Shown: piece after piece, positions 1-10,077 of the stretch
Numbering within the stretch: position 1 is the stretch's first letter
How the letters are laid out: the number at the start of each line of letters is the position of its first letter
Source: Nostoc sp.
GTDB taxonomy: Bacteria > Cyanobacteriota > Cyanobacteriia > Cyanobacteriales > Nostocaceae
Assembly: GCA_036918135.1 (NCBI GenBank)
Contig: JBALDB010000046.1
Location: 32,001 to 96,000, forward strand
DNA: 64,000 nucleotides
Direction of reading: 5' to 3'
The notes under the pieces: model-generated
The model's input: only the letters and a program-made list of their open reading frames with translations
Told to the model about the DNA's origin: nothing
The model's database searches: none
Translations under genes and position numbers: made by a program

Positions 1-25
1 ACTTTTGAATTCTGAATTCTTTTCA

Positions 26-241
26 TTATTTAAACTGTTCAAGTTGGTCTGTACGTAACCAAACATTTGGTGTTGGCACTTTGCCAAACTTAACAAGTGC
101 ATAATCACCTTTAATATCTACAATTTCGCCCTTAGAGTCAAATAAATACGAAGGAAAGCGAGTATCACTAGCTTTTGCTTCGAGACTATTTTCCAGTTTT
201 TCGCGGATAGCACGAACCATATCTCCTTTTTTGACTGCCAT
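26..241 (-). CDS. ndhO: NAD(P)H-quinone oxidoreductase subunit O
   Basis: [34 protein letters not shown]...PTPNVWLR is typical NdhO; start trimmed to the second Met. Confidence 0.9.
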   Translation of the reverse strand: MAVKKGDMVRAIREKLENSLEAKASDTRFPSYLFDSKGEIVDIKGDYALVKFGKVPTPNVWLRTDQLEQFK

Positions 242-361
242 AAATTCCCCTCTCAAATTTGTAAATTGTTTTATCTGCATTCTAAGAGACTTAGAACTTA
301 CAAGTTATTAGTCATTCGTCATTAGTCATTATTTATTAGTTATTCCCCATCTCCCCACTCC

Positions 362-1225
362 CTACCTTCTTTGACACTGAGGACAAAAGTGGCTCGATCG
401 CCCAGCTAGCCTAAATCGCATAATTGATGTACCACAAACTCGACAGGGTTCTCCAGCGCGGTTATAAACCCAAGCTACACCCCCATAATTGCCGTTGATA
501 CCCTTAACATTGAGAAAATTGCTAAAAGTCGTACCACCAGCCTCAATGCTGGTTTCTAACACTTGAATTATCGCTGTTCGCAAATTCTCGATTTGCTTTA
601 GCTGCAAATCCGTACACAACGTTTCAGGTAAAATTCCACTCTTAAATAGGGCTTCATCAGCGTAGATATTACCTAATCCCGCTACCACCGACTGATCCAG
701 TAGCGCAGTTTTAATCGGACGACGGCGCTTTTGGAGTTTACCTGCTAGATATTCAACAGTGAATTGATCTGAAAACGGGTCTGCCGCGAGTTTTGCCAAA
801 CCTGTTATCACACTTTCTACAGCAACACCAGACGGAACCCACCACATTTGACCGAAGGTACGCTGATCGACAAAGCGTAATTCCTGTTCTTCTCCAAAGA
901 ATAATCTAACTCGCGTGTGCTTGTGTAACGGTTCATCTGGACGCACCCACAGAAGTTGACCGGTCATTCGCAGATGAACCCCTAGCCAACTGGTTGAGGA
1001 AGACAGGGAAGCAGGAGATGAGAGTGTGAGTTCAGCTAGCAGATATTTGCCACGACGATGCCAAATGGCGATCGCATTGTTTTTAATTCCATCCACAAAC
1101 TCATCGACAGAAAACGGGTAGGCGATGGTGCGATCGAGCAACACATCTCCACCCGTAATTTTTTGGTTGAGGGTCAATTGATTTAGACCCCTTCGGACTG
1201 TTTCAACTTCAGGCAGTTCAGGCAT
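362..1225 (-). CDS. mutM: formamidopyrimidine-DNA glycosylase (Fpg)
   Basis: N-terminal PELPEVE, HLRMTG, GLGNIYADE, C-terminal CxxC...CxxC zinc finger. Confidence 0.97.
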   Translation of the reverse strand: MPELPEVETVRRGLNQLTLNQKITGGDVLLDRTIAYPFSVDEFVDGIKNNAIAIWHRRGKYLLAELTLSSPASLSSSTSWLGVHLRMTGQLLWVRPDEPLHKHTRVRLFFGEEQELRFVDQRTFGQMWWVPSGVAVESVITGLAKLAADPFSDQFTVEYLAGKLQKRRRPIKTALLDQSVVAGLGNIYADEALFKSGILPETLCTDLQLKQIENLRTAIIQVLETSIEAGGTTFSNFLNVKGINGNYGGVAWVYNRAGEPCRVCGTSIMRFRLAGRSSHFCPQCQRR

Positions 1226-1478
1226 TCAAGCTGATTAAGCAAGCAATTTTTGAGTATATTTGGGGACTAAGCAATCTTAGATGACCTACTGTGTAGACAC
1301 CCATAGGCGGCGAAAGCCATACTACTGAACAGAAACCGTAAATACCCGCAGGGCGGCTTCTCGTAGTTAGGGTAGGCTAAGAGCAAGGATGAAAAAACTG
1401 AAAGTTTTAGATTTCAGACTTCATACTTGAGACTTCCCTTCATCATCCCATTAAACAATCCCCTTGTAGGTTTAGTGC

Positions 1479-1691
1479 TTATTTTTTCGCCTTAGCCTTT
1501 GGTGCTTCCACTTCCACTAGCTCATCTTCGGCAAAATTGTTGGTATTGATACCATAGTAATTTACCTTTTCAAAACGGACAATTACTGGGTATTTGATGC
1601 CGCTTTGATCGATAGAAGCTACGGTTCCTAGATCTTGAAACCAGTAGGATTCAGGGCGGAGAATACGTACTTTAGAACCACGTTGAACCAT
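1479..1691 (-). CDS. psaE: photosystem I subunit IV
   Basis: [18 protein letters not shown]...[12 protein letters not shown]...TNNFA. Confidence 0.97.
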   Translation of the reverse strand: MVQRGSKVRILRPESYWFQDLGTVASIDQSGIKYPVIVRFEKVNYYGINTNNFAEDELVEVEAPKAKAKK

Positions 1692-2017
1692 AATAATTTT
1701 CCTCTTGAGTTATCAATTGCCAATCTAGAGGGCTAATTGATTTCACTCTACAACCTGAAGGTAGCAGCAAGAGGCTTTGTTAAGTTATTTGTCTGACATT
1801 AGGTGTGGGGTATGGGGAAAGAGGCTCTAGGGGCAAAAAGACCAAATAGAAAATGTATCAGAGGTGGTTAGGATTGTTGCTTTTTTACAATCTTCCCACA
1901 CTTCCTTATCTTGCCAGTCTCCTACCATATATCAAATCTCAAAATAGTACTCAATTGTTCTTGACAAAGTTTTCATAATAATGTACCTTCGTTCGCAAAC
2001 AGTACTTTTGCATAAGC

Positions 2018-2602
2018 TTATGTTTTACTCAATACGAATACACTTCCCTCGTTCCCTCTACCAATTCGCAGATCGTTATCTATATAAGTAATATCTAACC
2101 AGCCTTGCTGTTGATTGTTGTTTATCGGAACATCAATCCCCAGAAATTTTCTACCTGCTTCAATTTGTTGGATAAAAGTTACCGGAGAATTGTATTCTAT
2201 TAAACGTTGTAAGCCGATAATAGACCGCTCAAATTTTACTCGGACACGCCGCTCTGAAACTGGCTCAAATTTAGCAGCAACGCTAACTAATCCTTCTAGG
2301 TAAGGTAAGCCGTAAATCTCTGCTATGTTGTAAACGCTGGTAGTTTCTACCCGGATACACTGATAAATTTGACCTAGTTTGCATAAAGGTAGACGATCTA
2401 AGTTTAAAAGAGCCTTACTAGTGGTGTATAGTAATCGCCAATTACCATTTAGCAAGTTGTTAGCTTCCACCGGACGTGGTGTAGGGTTAAAGTCTTCTAA
2501 ATTGGCGATCGCTGCTAAGATAACCTGTTTCTGTTGTTCAGTCGCCAATAAACCGCGATTTGTACCAGCGATCGCATCCATAAGAGCTGCTTTTCCAATC
2601 AT
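2018..2602 (-). CDS. PAP/fibrillin family protein
   Basis: LEDFNPTPRP, GNWRLLYTT and WLDITYIDNDLRIGRGNEGSVFVL fibrillin motifs. Confidence 0.88.
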   Translation of the reverse strand: MIGKAALMDAIAGTNRGLLATEQQKQVILAAIANLEDFNPTPRPVEANNLLNGNWRLLYTTSKALLNLDRLPLCKLGQIYQCIRVETTSVYNIAEIYGLPYLEGLVSVAAKFEPVSERRVRVKFERSIIGLQRLIEYNSPVTFIQQIEAGRKFLGIDVPINNNQQQGWLDITYIDNDLRIGRGNEGSVFVLSKT

Positions 2603-2843
2603 CGTCTATGACCTCAAAAATCACTCACTTTTCATCAGCATAAACAAGTTATTCATAACCTATGTGTAAAACCAAAAAAATTACTAATAATTACTTTCCG
2701 TAAACCATCAGCCTATTCAATAAAAATTTCTATCTGAATGCGGATTTCTCAACTCAAGGGTTGAAAGGATAACTAAATTAATTCGTGTCAGGTGATAGAC
2801 TCTAAATGTCAAGTTAGGTAAACCTTTTGTTGTCTTCGTCGAT

Positions 2844-3083
2844 ATGTTGAACTCTCCATTACGTGAAGAACCCCGCAATCAACGAGCTGGTGTCATCCCT
2901 CTAAAGCAAGAATCTTCACTATTAGATTGGTTACAAAGTAACGGTCGGATCATAGCGCGTGATGTTCAGGAACCGGATTTCCAAGATGACGAAGAAGAAA
3001 TAGACTCCCTGATGGGTGTAGAAGATGGAATTGGCGATTACGACCTTGATGATGATGACGATATCCCAATCGCTGAAGATTAA
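2844..3083 (+). CDS. small acidic cyanobacterial protein (DUF3134-like)
   Basis: NSPLREEPRNQRA...SLLDWLQSNGRII, acidic tail; lies directly upstream of mraY. Confidence 0.7.
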   Translation: MLNSPLREEPRNQRAGVIPLKQESSLLDWLQSNGRIIARDVQEPDFQDDEEEIDSLMGVEDGIGDYDLDDDDDIPIAED

Positions 3084-3138
3084 TCTTTTGTCTTTAGGAA
3101 CTTGGTGATATGCCTAGTTTTTGGTATTCAGTTTTATA

Positions 3139-3153
3139 AGTGTGGAGTGAAGG
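3139..3153 (+). promoter_or_regulatory. putative Yfr1 sRNA pairing site in mraY leader
   Basis: AGTGTGGAGTGA just upstream of the start is complementary (one mismatch) to the recalled Yfr1 UCACACCACACU segment. Confidence 0.6.
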
Positions 3154-3162
3154 GAAACTTCT

Positions 3163-4266
3163 GTGGACGCTAAATTATCTCCTGAGCAAGGATTAAATAT
3201 TTCTGGAATCGCTCTAGCCTGTTTATTAGCCGTAGGACTAGGGACAACCGCATTTTTCTTGGATTGGATGGCCAATAGGTTACCTTGGCAAGCTGCATCA
3301 CTTACGCTGCCACTATTGTTGTGTGCGCTGGCTTCAGGTGTGATGGGTTACTTAGTAATACCTCTACTACAAGCGCTCAAAACAGGACAAATAATCCGTG
3401 AAGATGGGCCCCAAGCTCATCTCAAAAAGGCAGGAACGCCGACAATGGGCGGTATATTTTTTATACCTGTAGCCGTAATCCTTGCCTGTATATTGTCTAA
3501 CTTTGCGACAGAAGTGCTTGCAGTTTCCGCATTGACAATCAGCTACGGATTGATTGGTTGGCTCGACGATTGGCAAATTCTCCGCCGGAAGTCAAATAAA
3601 GGTATATCTCCCCGGATGAAACTAGCTTTACAGGTAAGTTTTGCTCTGATGTTTTGTCTGTGGCTGATGTTTAATCAACCTTCTAATATTACAAATATAG
3701 CTTTGCCTTGGGTTAGCTTTACACTACCCTTAGGGTTTCTATTCTGGCCCCTAGCAGGTTTTGTGCTAGTTGCAGAAAGTAATGCTACTAATTTAACTGA
3801 TGGTATTGATGGCTTAGCAGGAGGAACAGTAGCGATCGCTCTTTTGGCTTTAGCTGCCCTAATCGCGCCTACAGCACCGGGGTTGATGATTTTTTGTGCT
3901 GGTTTAAGTGGCGGCTGCTTAGGTTTCTTAGCTCATAACCGCAACCCAGCCCGCGTTTTTATGGGAGATACTGGTTCCCTGGCATTGGGAGGAGCTTTAG
4001 CAGCTGTGGCGTTGTTGACAAATAGCTTAGTAGCACTGTTTATTCTTAGTGGTATCTTCTTCGTAGAAACGCTATCTGTAATGGCACAAGTCAGTTACTA
4101 CAAAGCCACTAAAGGCTCTGATGGCAAAGGCAAACGTCTCTTCAAAATGGCACCCCTACACCATCATCTAGAACTAACTGGCTGGTCAGAATTGCAAGTA
4201 GTTGGAGTGTTTTATATTATTGCTGCAATTTTAGCTGCTATTAGTTTAGCGATCGCTCCATTCTAA
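3163..4266 (+). CDS. mraY: phospho-N-acetylmuramoyl-pentapeptide transferase
   Basis: GQIIREDGPQAHLKKAGTPTMGG, NATNLTDGIDGLA, FMGDTGS, MAPLHHHLE; GTG start. Confidence 0.97.
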   Translation: MDAKLSPEQGLNISGIALACLLAVGLGTTAFFLDWMANRLPWQAASLTLPLLLCALASGVMGYLVIPLLQALKTGQIIREDGPQAHLKKAGTPTMGGIFFIPVAVILACILSNFATEVLAVSALTISYGLIGWLDDWQILRRKSNKGISPRMKLALQVSFALMFCLWLMFNQPSNITNIALPWVSFTLPLGFLFWPLAGFVLVAESNATNLTDGIDGLAGGTVAIALLALAALIAPTAPGLMIFCAGLSGGCLGFLAHNRNPARVFMGDTGSLALGGALAAVALLTNSLVALFILSGIFFVETLSVMAQVSYYKATKGSDGKGKRLFKMAPLHHHLELTGWSELQVVGVFYIIAAILAAISLAIAPF

Positions 4267-4296
4267 ATCTTTTGAAAAACTTATTTAAAACCAACT

Positions 4297-4328
4297 AATA
4301 ACCCCCGCACCTACGGGGGTTATTTTTT
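4297..4328 (+). terminator. intrinsic terminator after mraY
   Basis: AATAACCCCCG-caccta-CGGGGGTTATT followed by a T run. Confidence 0.8.
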
Positions 4329-4367
4329 ATTTTCAAGTACTTGAACTGCCCTTGTCATAAACCTATT

Positions 4368-4413
4368 AAAAACCCTTGAAAAGGGAGATACTATTTATCT
4401 CCTCTTTCAAGGG
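4368..4413 (-). terminator. hairpin terminator after grxD
   Basis: CCCTTGAAAAGGGAGATA...TATCTCCTCTTTCAAGGG imperfect stem with a T run on the minus strand. Confidence 0.6.
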
Positions 4414-4489
4414 CAGTAAAAACTGCACATTGCTTCGATACCAAGGTCGAATATCAGTAGTATAACCTTAGTTTAATGTAGATAATGCC

Positions 4490-4813
4490 TTACGAAGCTA
4501 GTGCTACTTCTACCTTTTGCTGTAATTCACCTTGTTGGTAAAGTTCAATCATAATGTCAGAACCACCAACAAATTCACCATCTATATACACTTGGGGAAA
4601 TGTTTGCCAGTTAGAGTATTCTTTAACTCCCTGGCGAATTTCATCGTCTGCGAGAATATTAACTGTCTCGAAAGGAACTCCCAAACTATTAAGAATTTGC
4701 ACAACATTGTTAGAGAAACCACATTGGGGCATTAACTTGGTTCCTTTAATGAAAACCAAAATCTTGTTCTCTTGTACCAAGTTATCAATTTTTTCTTTGA
4801 GTTCTGGTGTCAT
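4490..4813 (-). CDS. grxD: monothiol glutaredoxin Grx4
   Basis: KGTKLMPQCGFS and WQTFPQVYIDGEFVGGSDI; start trimmed to MTPELK. Confidence 0.95.
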   Translation of the reverse strand: MTPELKEKIDNLVQENKILVFIKGTKLMPQCGFSNNVVQILNSLGVPFETVNILADDEIRQGVKEYSNWQTFPQVYIDGEFVGGSDIMIELYQQGELQQKVEVALAS

Positions 4814-4896
4814 GGTATTTTTGTTTCCTATGTTGCATGGAACAATCATGAATTACGAGTAAGAGTAAAAAATCGATTACTCTTACACTTTTGCAC

Positions 4897-4916
4897 AGAC
4901 GCAATTAATCGCGTCT
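4897..4916. repeat. palindromic dispersed repeat (AGACGCGATTAATCGCGTCT type)
   Basis: AGACGCAATTAATCGCGTCT, 20-bp near-perfect palindrome between bolA and grxD. Confidence 0.65.
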
Positions 4917-4931
4917 CTCCTAAGTTTATAT

Positions 4932-5189
4932 TTACGAAGCTGATGTTGCTTGCCAAGCTTCAGGAGTATATGTTTTTAGAGACAAAGCGTGAATTGCTTG
5001 AGTTGATATAGCTTGTTGCAACGCACCATAGATTAATTGATGCTGTTGCACTAGTCCTTTACCTGCAAAGTGCGATGAAACTACTGTCACCTGATAGTGG
5101 TCATTACCACCAGTCAAGTCTTGCACCTGAACCTGGGCGTCTGGCAGTTCCGCCTTGATCATTGTCTCAACCTGCTGCGGACTAATCAT
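4932..5189 (-). CDS. BolA family protein
   Basis: [25 protein letters not shown]...[11 protein letters not shown]; adjacent to grxD. Confidence 0.93.
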   Translation of the reverse strand: MISPQQVETMIKAELPDAQVQVQDLTGGNDHYQVTVVSSHFAGKGLVQQHQLIYGALQQAISTQAIHALSLKTYTPEAWQATSAS

Positions 5190-5499
5190 CGCAATTCCTG
5201 AAAAAACCTACTTCTCTATTATTAGCAGATATAGAGCAAATGCCTATGCCAACTTTAGGTTTTGGCAAGGTTGAGAGGGACTTGGGACTGGGGACTTGGG
5301 AATACTAAGTTAGAAGTTAAGAATTATTCTCCTTGCCCCCCGAAGTTCTGTTAGTCATACCTCTACGGGGAAGCAAGCTACACGTCGCGTCTCGTAAAGA
5401 AGCCAGACGCTTAAGCCTGCTAACACTACTCTATCGCTAAAAGTCGGCGCTGGTGACTTCTCTCCTTGTCCCCTTGTCTTTGCATTTACCCAGTCCCTT

Positions 5500-6846
5500 T
5501 TACAGAGTATAAGTAAAATCTTCGACCAACATTCCAGGAACTAAACTACCTCCTAGTTGGCGACTTTCATAAGTTCCAACTTCCGGAATAAATTCTTGAA
5601 AAGTAGTTAAATCTATGAGGTTTTCTCCCCAAAAGCGATAGAGACTTTCGTCAAAACGCAAGTTTTCAATGGGAGCGATAATTTTTCCGTTTTCTACCCA
5701 AAAACAAGCATAACGAGTCATACCTGTAACTCTACCAGTTTGGCGATCGCTCCAATTCAAGTAATGCAAATTTGATACATATAAACCTGTATCTAAACTC
5801 CGCAAAATCTGCTCAAATTCTAAATTTCCCGGACTTATTTCTGGCGCACGTAACGTCTCTGAACTATTCGCACCATTAGCAGTTTTTCCATATTCTTTAG
5901 CAGTACGAGAATTAACTAGACTATTTACTAAATATCCTTTTTCTATAACTCTCAACTCCAATGCTGCCATTTCTCCCAATTCATTAAATCGTGGTACTAA
6001 TCCTCGTTGAAAATTTTCTTTCAAACTGAATTTTGGAGACAATTGTTTTTCTTGACGCCATAAAGTCGCTAAAGCACTGTTTCCTTGTTGGATATCAGCT
6101 TCGCTCAGAGATCCCCAAGAAAGCATCATTAATAAATCTGCTACAGCAGCAGGTGCAAAATAAGTTTTGTACTGTCCTCGTGGTAATTCTTTAGCTGGAC
6201 GAGAAAGTAGTTCTAGTTGCTTTTTGGCTTCGTTAATTTTGGCTATATATGCAGCTTTATCCCAATCACTACCTGCAAATGTACCTTTAACTGCTTGTCC
6301 AGATGTTATGAATAGAGAATAATCTAAGGTAAAAGAATCAGTGGCAAACCAGTGTTTCTGACCGCTAGAATCACCGTAAGCTTTAACTACGACTCCCCCC
6401 GCGTACATCCCAGTAAAATCTAGTTCGGCAACTAATTCTAAAACAGTTGGTACTACTGCTTCTTGCACCAATAAATTTCCAGAATGTATTTCTCGACTGG
6501 TACTATTTCCTGATGGTAAAACTAGATAAGGATCGACTGGGATTAAAATCAATTCATCACGTAGTTCCTGCAAAGCGGCATACCCTAGCTGCCAGTCCGT
6601 CTTCCAATTTCCAGTAAAGGGAAATAGCCGAAAACTACTGCGCTGCTCTTTCATCAAAGTTAGTTCAATCCAACCATCGGCAACACAACCAGTTTGTCGC
6701 ACTTTCGCATGATTGAAGCGAGTAAATTGACTGCTTTCGCTGCTGAGTTTTACAGTAAATTCTTCATTTTCTGCTTTTTTTATCAGCAGAGTTTCAATCA
6801 ATTGATTAAAACTGAATTCTAAAGGAGATAATTCTTCATTATTCAT
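5500..6846 (-). CDS. TldE/PmbA-like subunit
   Basis: TldD/PmbA family sequence (LHYLNWSD...TGMTRYACFWVENGKI...NLRFDES), no HExxxH motif; follows the TldD gene. Confidence 0.8.
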   Translation of the reverse strand: MNNEELSPLEFSFNQLIETLLIKKAENEEFTVKLSSESSQFTRFNHAKVRQTGCVADGWIELTLMKEQRSSFRLFPFTGNWKTDWQLGYAALQELRDELILIPVDPYLVLPSGNSTSREIHSGNLLVQEAVVPTVLELVAELDFTGMYAGGVVVKAYGDSSGQKHWFATDSFTLDYSLFITSGQAVKGTFAGSDWDKAAYIAKINEAKKQLELLSRPAKELPRGQYKTYFAPAAVADLLMMLSWGSLSEADIQQGNSALATLWRQEKQLSPKFSLKENFQRGLVPRFNELGEMAALELRVIEKGYLVNSLVNSRTAKEYGKTANGANSSETLRAPEISPGNLEFEQILRSLDTGLYVSNLHYLNWSDRQTGRVTGMTRYACFWVENGKIIAPIENLRFDESLYRFWGENLIDLTTFQEFIPEVGTYESRQLGGSLVPGMLVEDFTYTL

Positions 6847-6926
6847 AGATATTAAATATTAATAAGAAGATAGGGAGACAAAGGGACACCTAACTCACCA
6901 GTCAACAGTTAACAATCAACCCTCTT

Positions 6927-8366
6927 TCAAATTCCTCCACCAAAAACTTCGACATTAGCAAATACACAAACAGGTGAACCGTGTCCTACCGAAATAGCCT
7001 GATTTGGTTCTCCTTTGCCACAATAAGGAGTACCGTACATTTGCCAGTTGTTAGCATTTCCGACTTTAACTAAGCTATGCCAAAACTCTGGTGTTGTCGC
7101 GCGATAATTAGGATTACGGAGGGTTTTGGTAAATTTACCGTTTTCAATTAATTTGGCGTATTCGCAACCAAATTGGAATTTATAGCGGCGATCGTCAATT
7201 GACCAAGAGCGATTAGATTCCATGTAAACGCCATGTTCTAAGCCAGCAATCATATCTTCAAAAGTAGCGTTTAGAGGCTCTAAATTCAAGTTTGCCATGC
7301 GGTCAATTGCTGGGCGATTCCATGAGGAAGCACGGGCACAGGCTACTCCAGGTACACCTGCTCTAGCTTGACTCTCTAAGCTACCCAAACCCCGTTGGAG
7401 TACACCTTCTTTGATTAAATACTCTCGTGTTGCTACAGCACCTGTATCATCAAAGCCATAACTGGCAAATTCACCTGGTACGGTAGGGTCAAAGGTAATA
7501 TTCATCAGTGGCGAACCATATACAAGTTTGCCAAAATTACTTTTGTTAACAAAGCTGCCTCCAGCATAGTTACGCTCATCTCCCAAAATTCGGTCAATTT
7601 CTAAGGGATGCCCGACACTTTCATGGATTTGCAGCATCATTTGGTCTGGAGCTAAAACTAAATTAGTACGGGTGGTTGGGCATTCTTCTGCTGTCAAGAG
7701 TTCTATTGCTTGTTCGCCAATTCGCCGCACCTGATGCCATAAATTTTCTTGTTTTAAAAGTTCTAGTCCGCCTTGGTAACAGTTTGCCTGAGCGCCGTTG
7801 TGGCTGCGCTGTTGTACAATTGCCCCATCTTGGGCTGTGGCTCCGTAATGAGTACCTATAGATAGAAATTTTTGATATACTTCTGAGCCATTGCTACTGA
7901 CAAACCAAGACTCCTTCTCGTTCGTGTTAGCAGTAGCTATGGTTTGCACAATCTTGTCGTCAACTTTTAAGGTTTGGCAAATACGAACCAGTAAATCATT
8001 GATTTCTCCAGGACTTAAAGCGTCCAATGGCTGAATAAATGGAGATTTATATTCACCAACGACTTTAGGACGCTCGCTTTCACGGAACGGATGTATCCAC
8101 CATTCGCTGGCTGCTAGCGCCTGTTTATAGGCTGTTTGGGCAGCTGCTTGTAGGGATGGCAGTTCTAAGGAGTTAGTAGCTGCATAACCCAAACAGCCAT
8201 TGACCAAAACTTCCAGCATGGCTCCTACAGTGAAGGATTTGCCGTTGACTTGAGGTAAGCCGTCACGGACTAAACGGTTAGTAGAAGTTTCCTTCACGGC
8301 TCGGATACCAATCCAATCAACAGGAATATCGAAACTAGCGATCGCCTTTTTTAGTTCAGACCACAT
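6927..8366 (-). CDS. tldD: TldD metalloprotease subunit
   Basis: IHESVGHPLE (HExxxH), YGFDDTG, RMANL, C-terminal CGKGEP.Q...VGHG. Confidence 0.85.
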   Translation of the reverse strand: MWSELKKAIASFDIPVDWIGIRAVKETSTNRLVRDGLPQVNGKSFTVGAMLEVLVNGCLGYAATNSLELPSLQAAAQTAYKQALAASEWWIHPFRESERPKVVGEYKSPFIQPLDALSPGEINDLLVRICQTLKVDDKIVQTIATANTNEKESWFVSSNGSEVYQKFLSIGTHYGATAQDGAIVQQRSHNGAQANCYQGGLELLKQENLWHQVRRIGEQAIELLTAEECPTTRTNLVLAPDQMMLQIHESVGHPLEIDRILGDERNYAGGSFVNKSNFGKLVYGSPLMNITFDPTVPGEFASYGFDDTGAVATREYLIKEGVLQRGLGSLESQARAGVPGVACARASSWNRPAIDRMANLNLEPLNATFEDMIAGLEHGVYMESNRSWSIDDRRYKFQFGCEYAKLIENGKFTKTLRNPNYRATTPEFWHSLVKVGNANNWQMYGTPYCGKGEPNQAISVGHGSPVCVFANVEVFGGGI

Positions 8367-8438
8367 AATTAAAGAGAATAGAGAATGGGTAATGGGGATT
8401 GGGCATTGAGAAAACTTTTCTCTAGTCCCTAATCCCTC

Positions 8439-9947
8439 TTAATTTCGATGCCAACGTGTGCCATCGCGGCTATCAATTAGCGTAATACCTTGGGAAAGCA
8501 GTTCGTTACGAATGCGATCGCTTTCGGCAAAATTCTTGGCTTGACGTGCTGTTTGTCTTTGTTGAATTTTTGCTTCAATTTCCGTATCGCTTAAACCTTC
8601 TGTTGGCGAAGTTTCTACTTCTTTTTTGGCTTCTAAACCCAATATTTCAGCTAAGGTGACGAGTGTTTGCCATTGGCGTTGTAACTCCAAAGCCGGTGTT
8701 TCGGTTTTTCCTTGATGCACAAGGATATTTCCCTGACGGCGGAGTTCTTTGGCTAATTCAAACAACACTGTTAATCCACCAGGAAAATTAAAGTCATCAT
8801 TGACAAGTTCTTGGAAGCGTTCAATATAAGGATTAGGTACTGGGGAAGGTGGGGCCCCCTCTGGGGATAAGGGGTAATGGGTACTGGTTATTAAAATATT
8901 TCCAATCTCTAAATCCCAGCCTAGTTTTTTTCCGTATTGGTAGCCGAAAAGTAAACCTTCTTTAATGGTGTGCCAACCGTTGGTAGCGGCAGCGATCGCT
9001 TCCTCGGTAAAATCAATTGGTGTGCGATATTGGGCTGTGAGTACGAATAATCGCACTGCCATCGGGTCAACTCCTCGATCCAGCAATTCTCGAATAGTGA
9101 TAAAGTTGCCCAAAGATTTGGACATTTTTTCACCATCTACTTTCACCATGCCGTTATGCAACCAGTAACGCGCTAGGGGTTTTCCTGTTACAGCCTCAGA
9201 TTGGGCAATTTCGTTTTCGTGGTGGGGAAATATTAAGTCAGCACCACCAGCATGAATATCTATGGTATCACCCAAGCGATCGCGCACCATTGCCGAGCAT
9301 TCAATGTGCCACCCCGGACGCCCTGCGCCCCACGGTGATTTCCAAGCTGGTTCTCCCGGTTTTGCTGCTTTCCACAGCGCAAAATCAAAGGGGTCTTTCT
9401 TCTTCTGATATTCTGGATCTTCAACGTTGACGCGATCGCTGGCTCCAGCTTGCATATCTTCTAACTTGCGTCCTGAAAGTTTGCCATATTCAGGAAACTG
9501 TCGCACGGCATAATATACATCACCGTCAGCCGGGTAAGCAAAGCCTTTATTTTCTAGATCGTGAATTAATCGCAAAATTCCATTCATCGTATGAGTAGCA
9601 CGCGGATACTCATCGGCTTCTTTGATTCCCAACCGTGCCATATCCTCAAAATATGCTTTGATAAAGCGATGGGCCACAGCCTCCATTGAGGAATGTTCCA
9701 CACAGGCTCGATTGAGAATTTTGTCATCAATATCAGTAAAATTTTGAATATAACGTACTTCATAGCCGATAAACTGGAGATATCGGCGGACTACGTCCCA
9801 TACGATGCAAGCTCTGGCATGACCCAAATGGCAATAATCATATACTGTCACGCCGCAGTAATACATCTTAACTTTGCCTGGTTCGACTGTTTCAAACGGT
9901 TCTTGACGACGGGTGAGAGTATTGTAAAGAATTAGGGTCATAATCAA
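8439..9947 (-). CDS. cysS: cysteine--tRNA ligase
   Basis: CGVTVYDYCHLGHAR, GRPGWHIECSAM, FPHHENE, KMSKS. Confidence 0.97.
   Translation of the reverse strand: MIMTLILYNTLTRRQEPFETVEPGKVKMYYCGVTVYDYCHLGHARACIVWDVVRRYLQFIGYEVRYIQNFTDIDDKILNRACVEHSSMEAVAHRFIKAYFEDMARLGIKEADEYPRATHTMNGILRLIHDLENKGFAYPADGDVYYAVRQFPEYGKLSGRKLEDMQAGASDRVNVEDPEYQKKKDPFDFALWKAAKPGEPAWKSPWGAGRPGWHIECSAMVRDRLGDTIDIHAGGADLIFPHHENEIAQSEAVTGKPLARYWLHNGMVKVDGEKMSKSLGNFITIRELLDRGVDPMAVRLFVLTAQYRTPIDFTEEAIAAATNGWHTIKEGLLFGYQYGKKLGWDLEIGNILITSTHYPLSPEGAPPSPVPNPYIERFQELVNDDFNFPGGLTVLFELAKELRRQGNILVHQGKTETPALELQRQWQTLVTLAEILGLEAKKEVETSPTEGLSDTEIEAKIQQRQTARQAKNFAESDRIRNELLSQGITLIDSRDGTRWHRN
8851..8874. repeat. 24-nt small dispersed repeat embedded in STRR-like tract inside cysS
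   Basis: GGGGCCCCCTCTGGGGATAAGGGG flanked by GGTACTG/GGTAATG heptamers; related to 14776-14802. Confidence 0.7.
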
Positions 9948-10077
9948 CTAATGCTGAAATAGAGAGATACGCAATAATTAAGATAAGCAACTGGGATGAC
10001 AGTCCAGCATCCCTATGCTAGTGTTTTCTGGACTATCTGCGCTACATTACTATTTTTGATTTTTTGATTACAGCGCT

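Noticed and set aside
9948..10077. Zur box or cobalamin riboswitch upstream of the CobW-family gene
   Set aside because: No TGATAAT-N-ATTATCA palindrome or B12-box seen; the spacer is only 130 bp.
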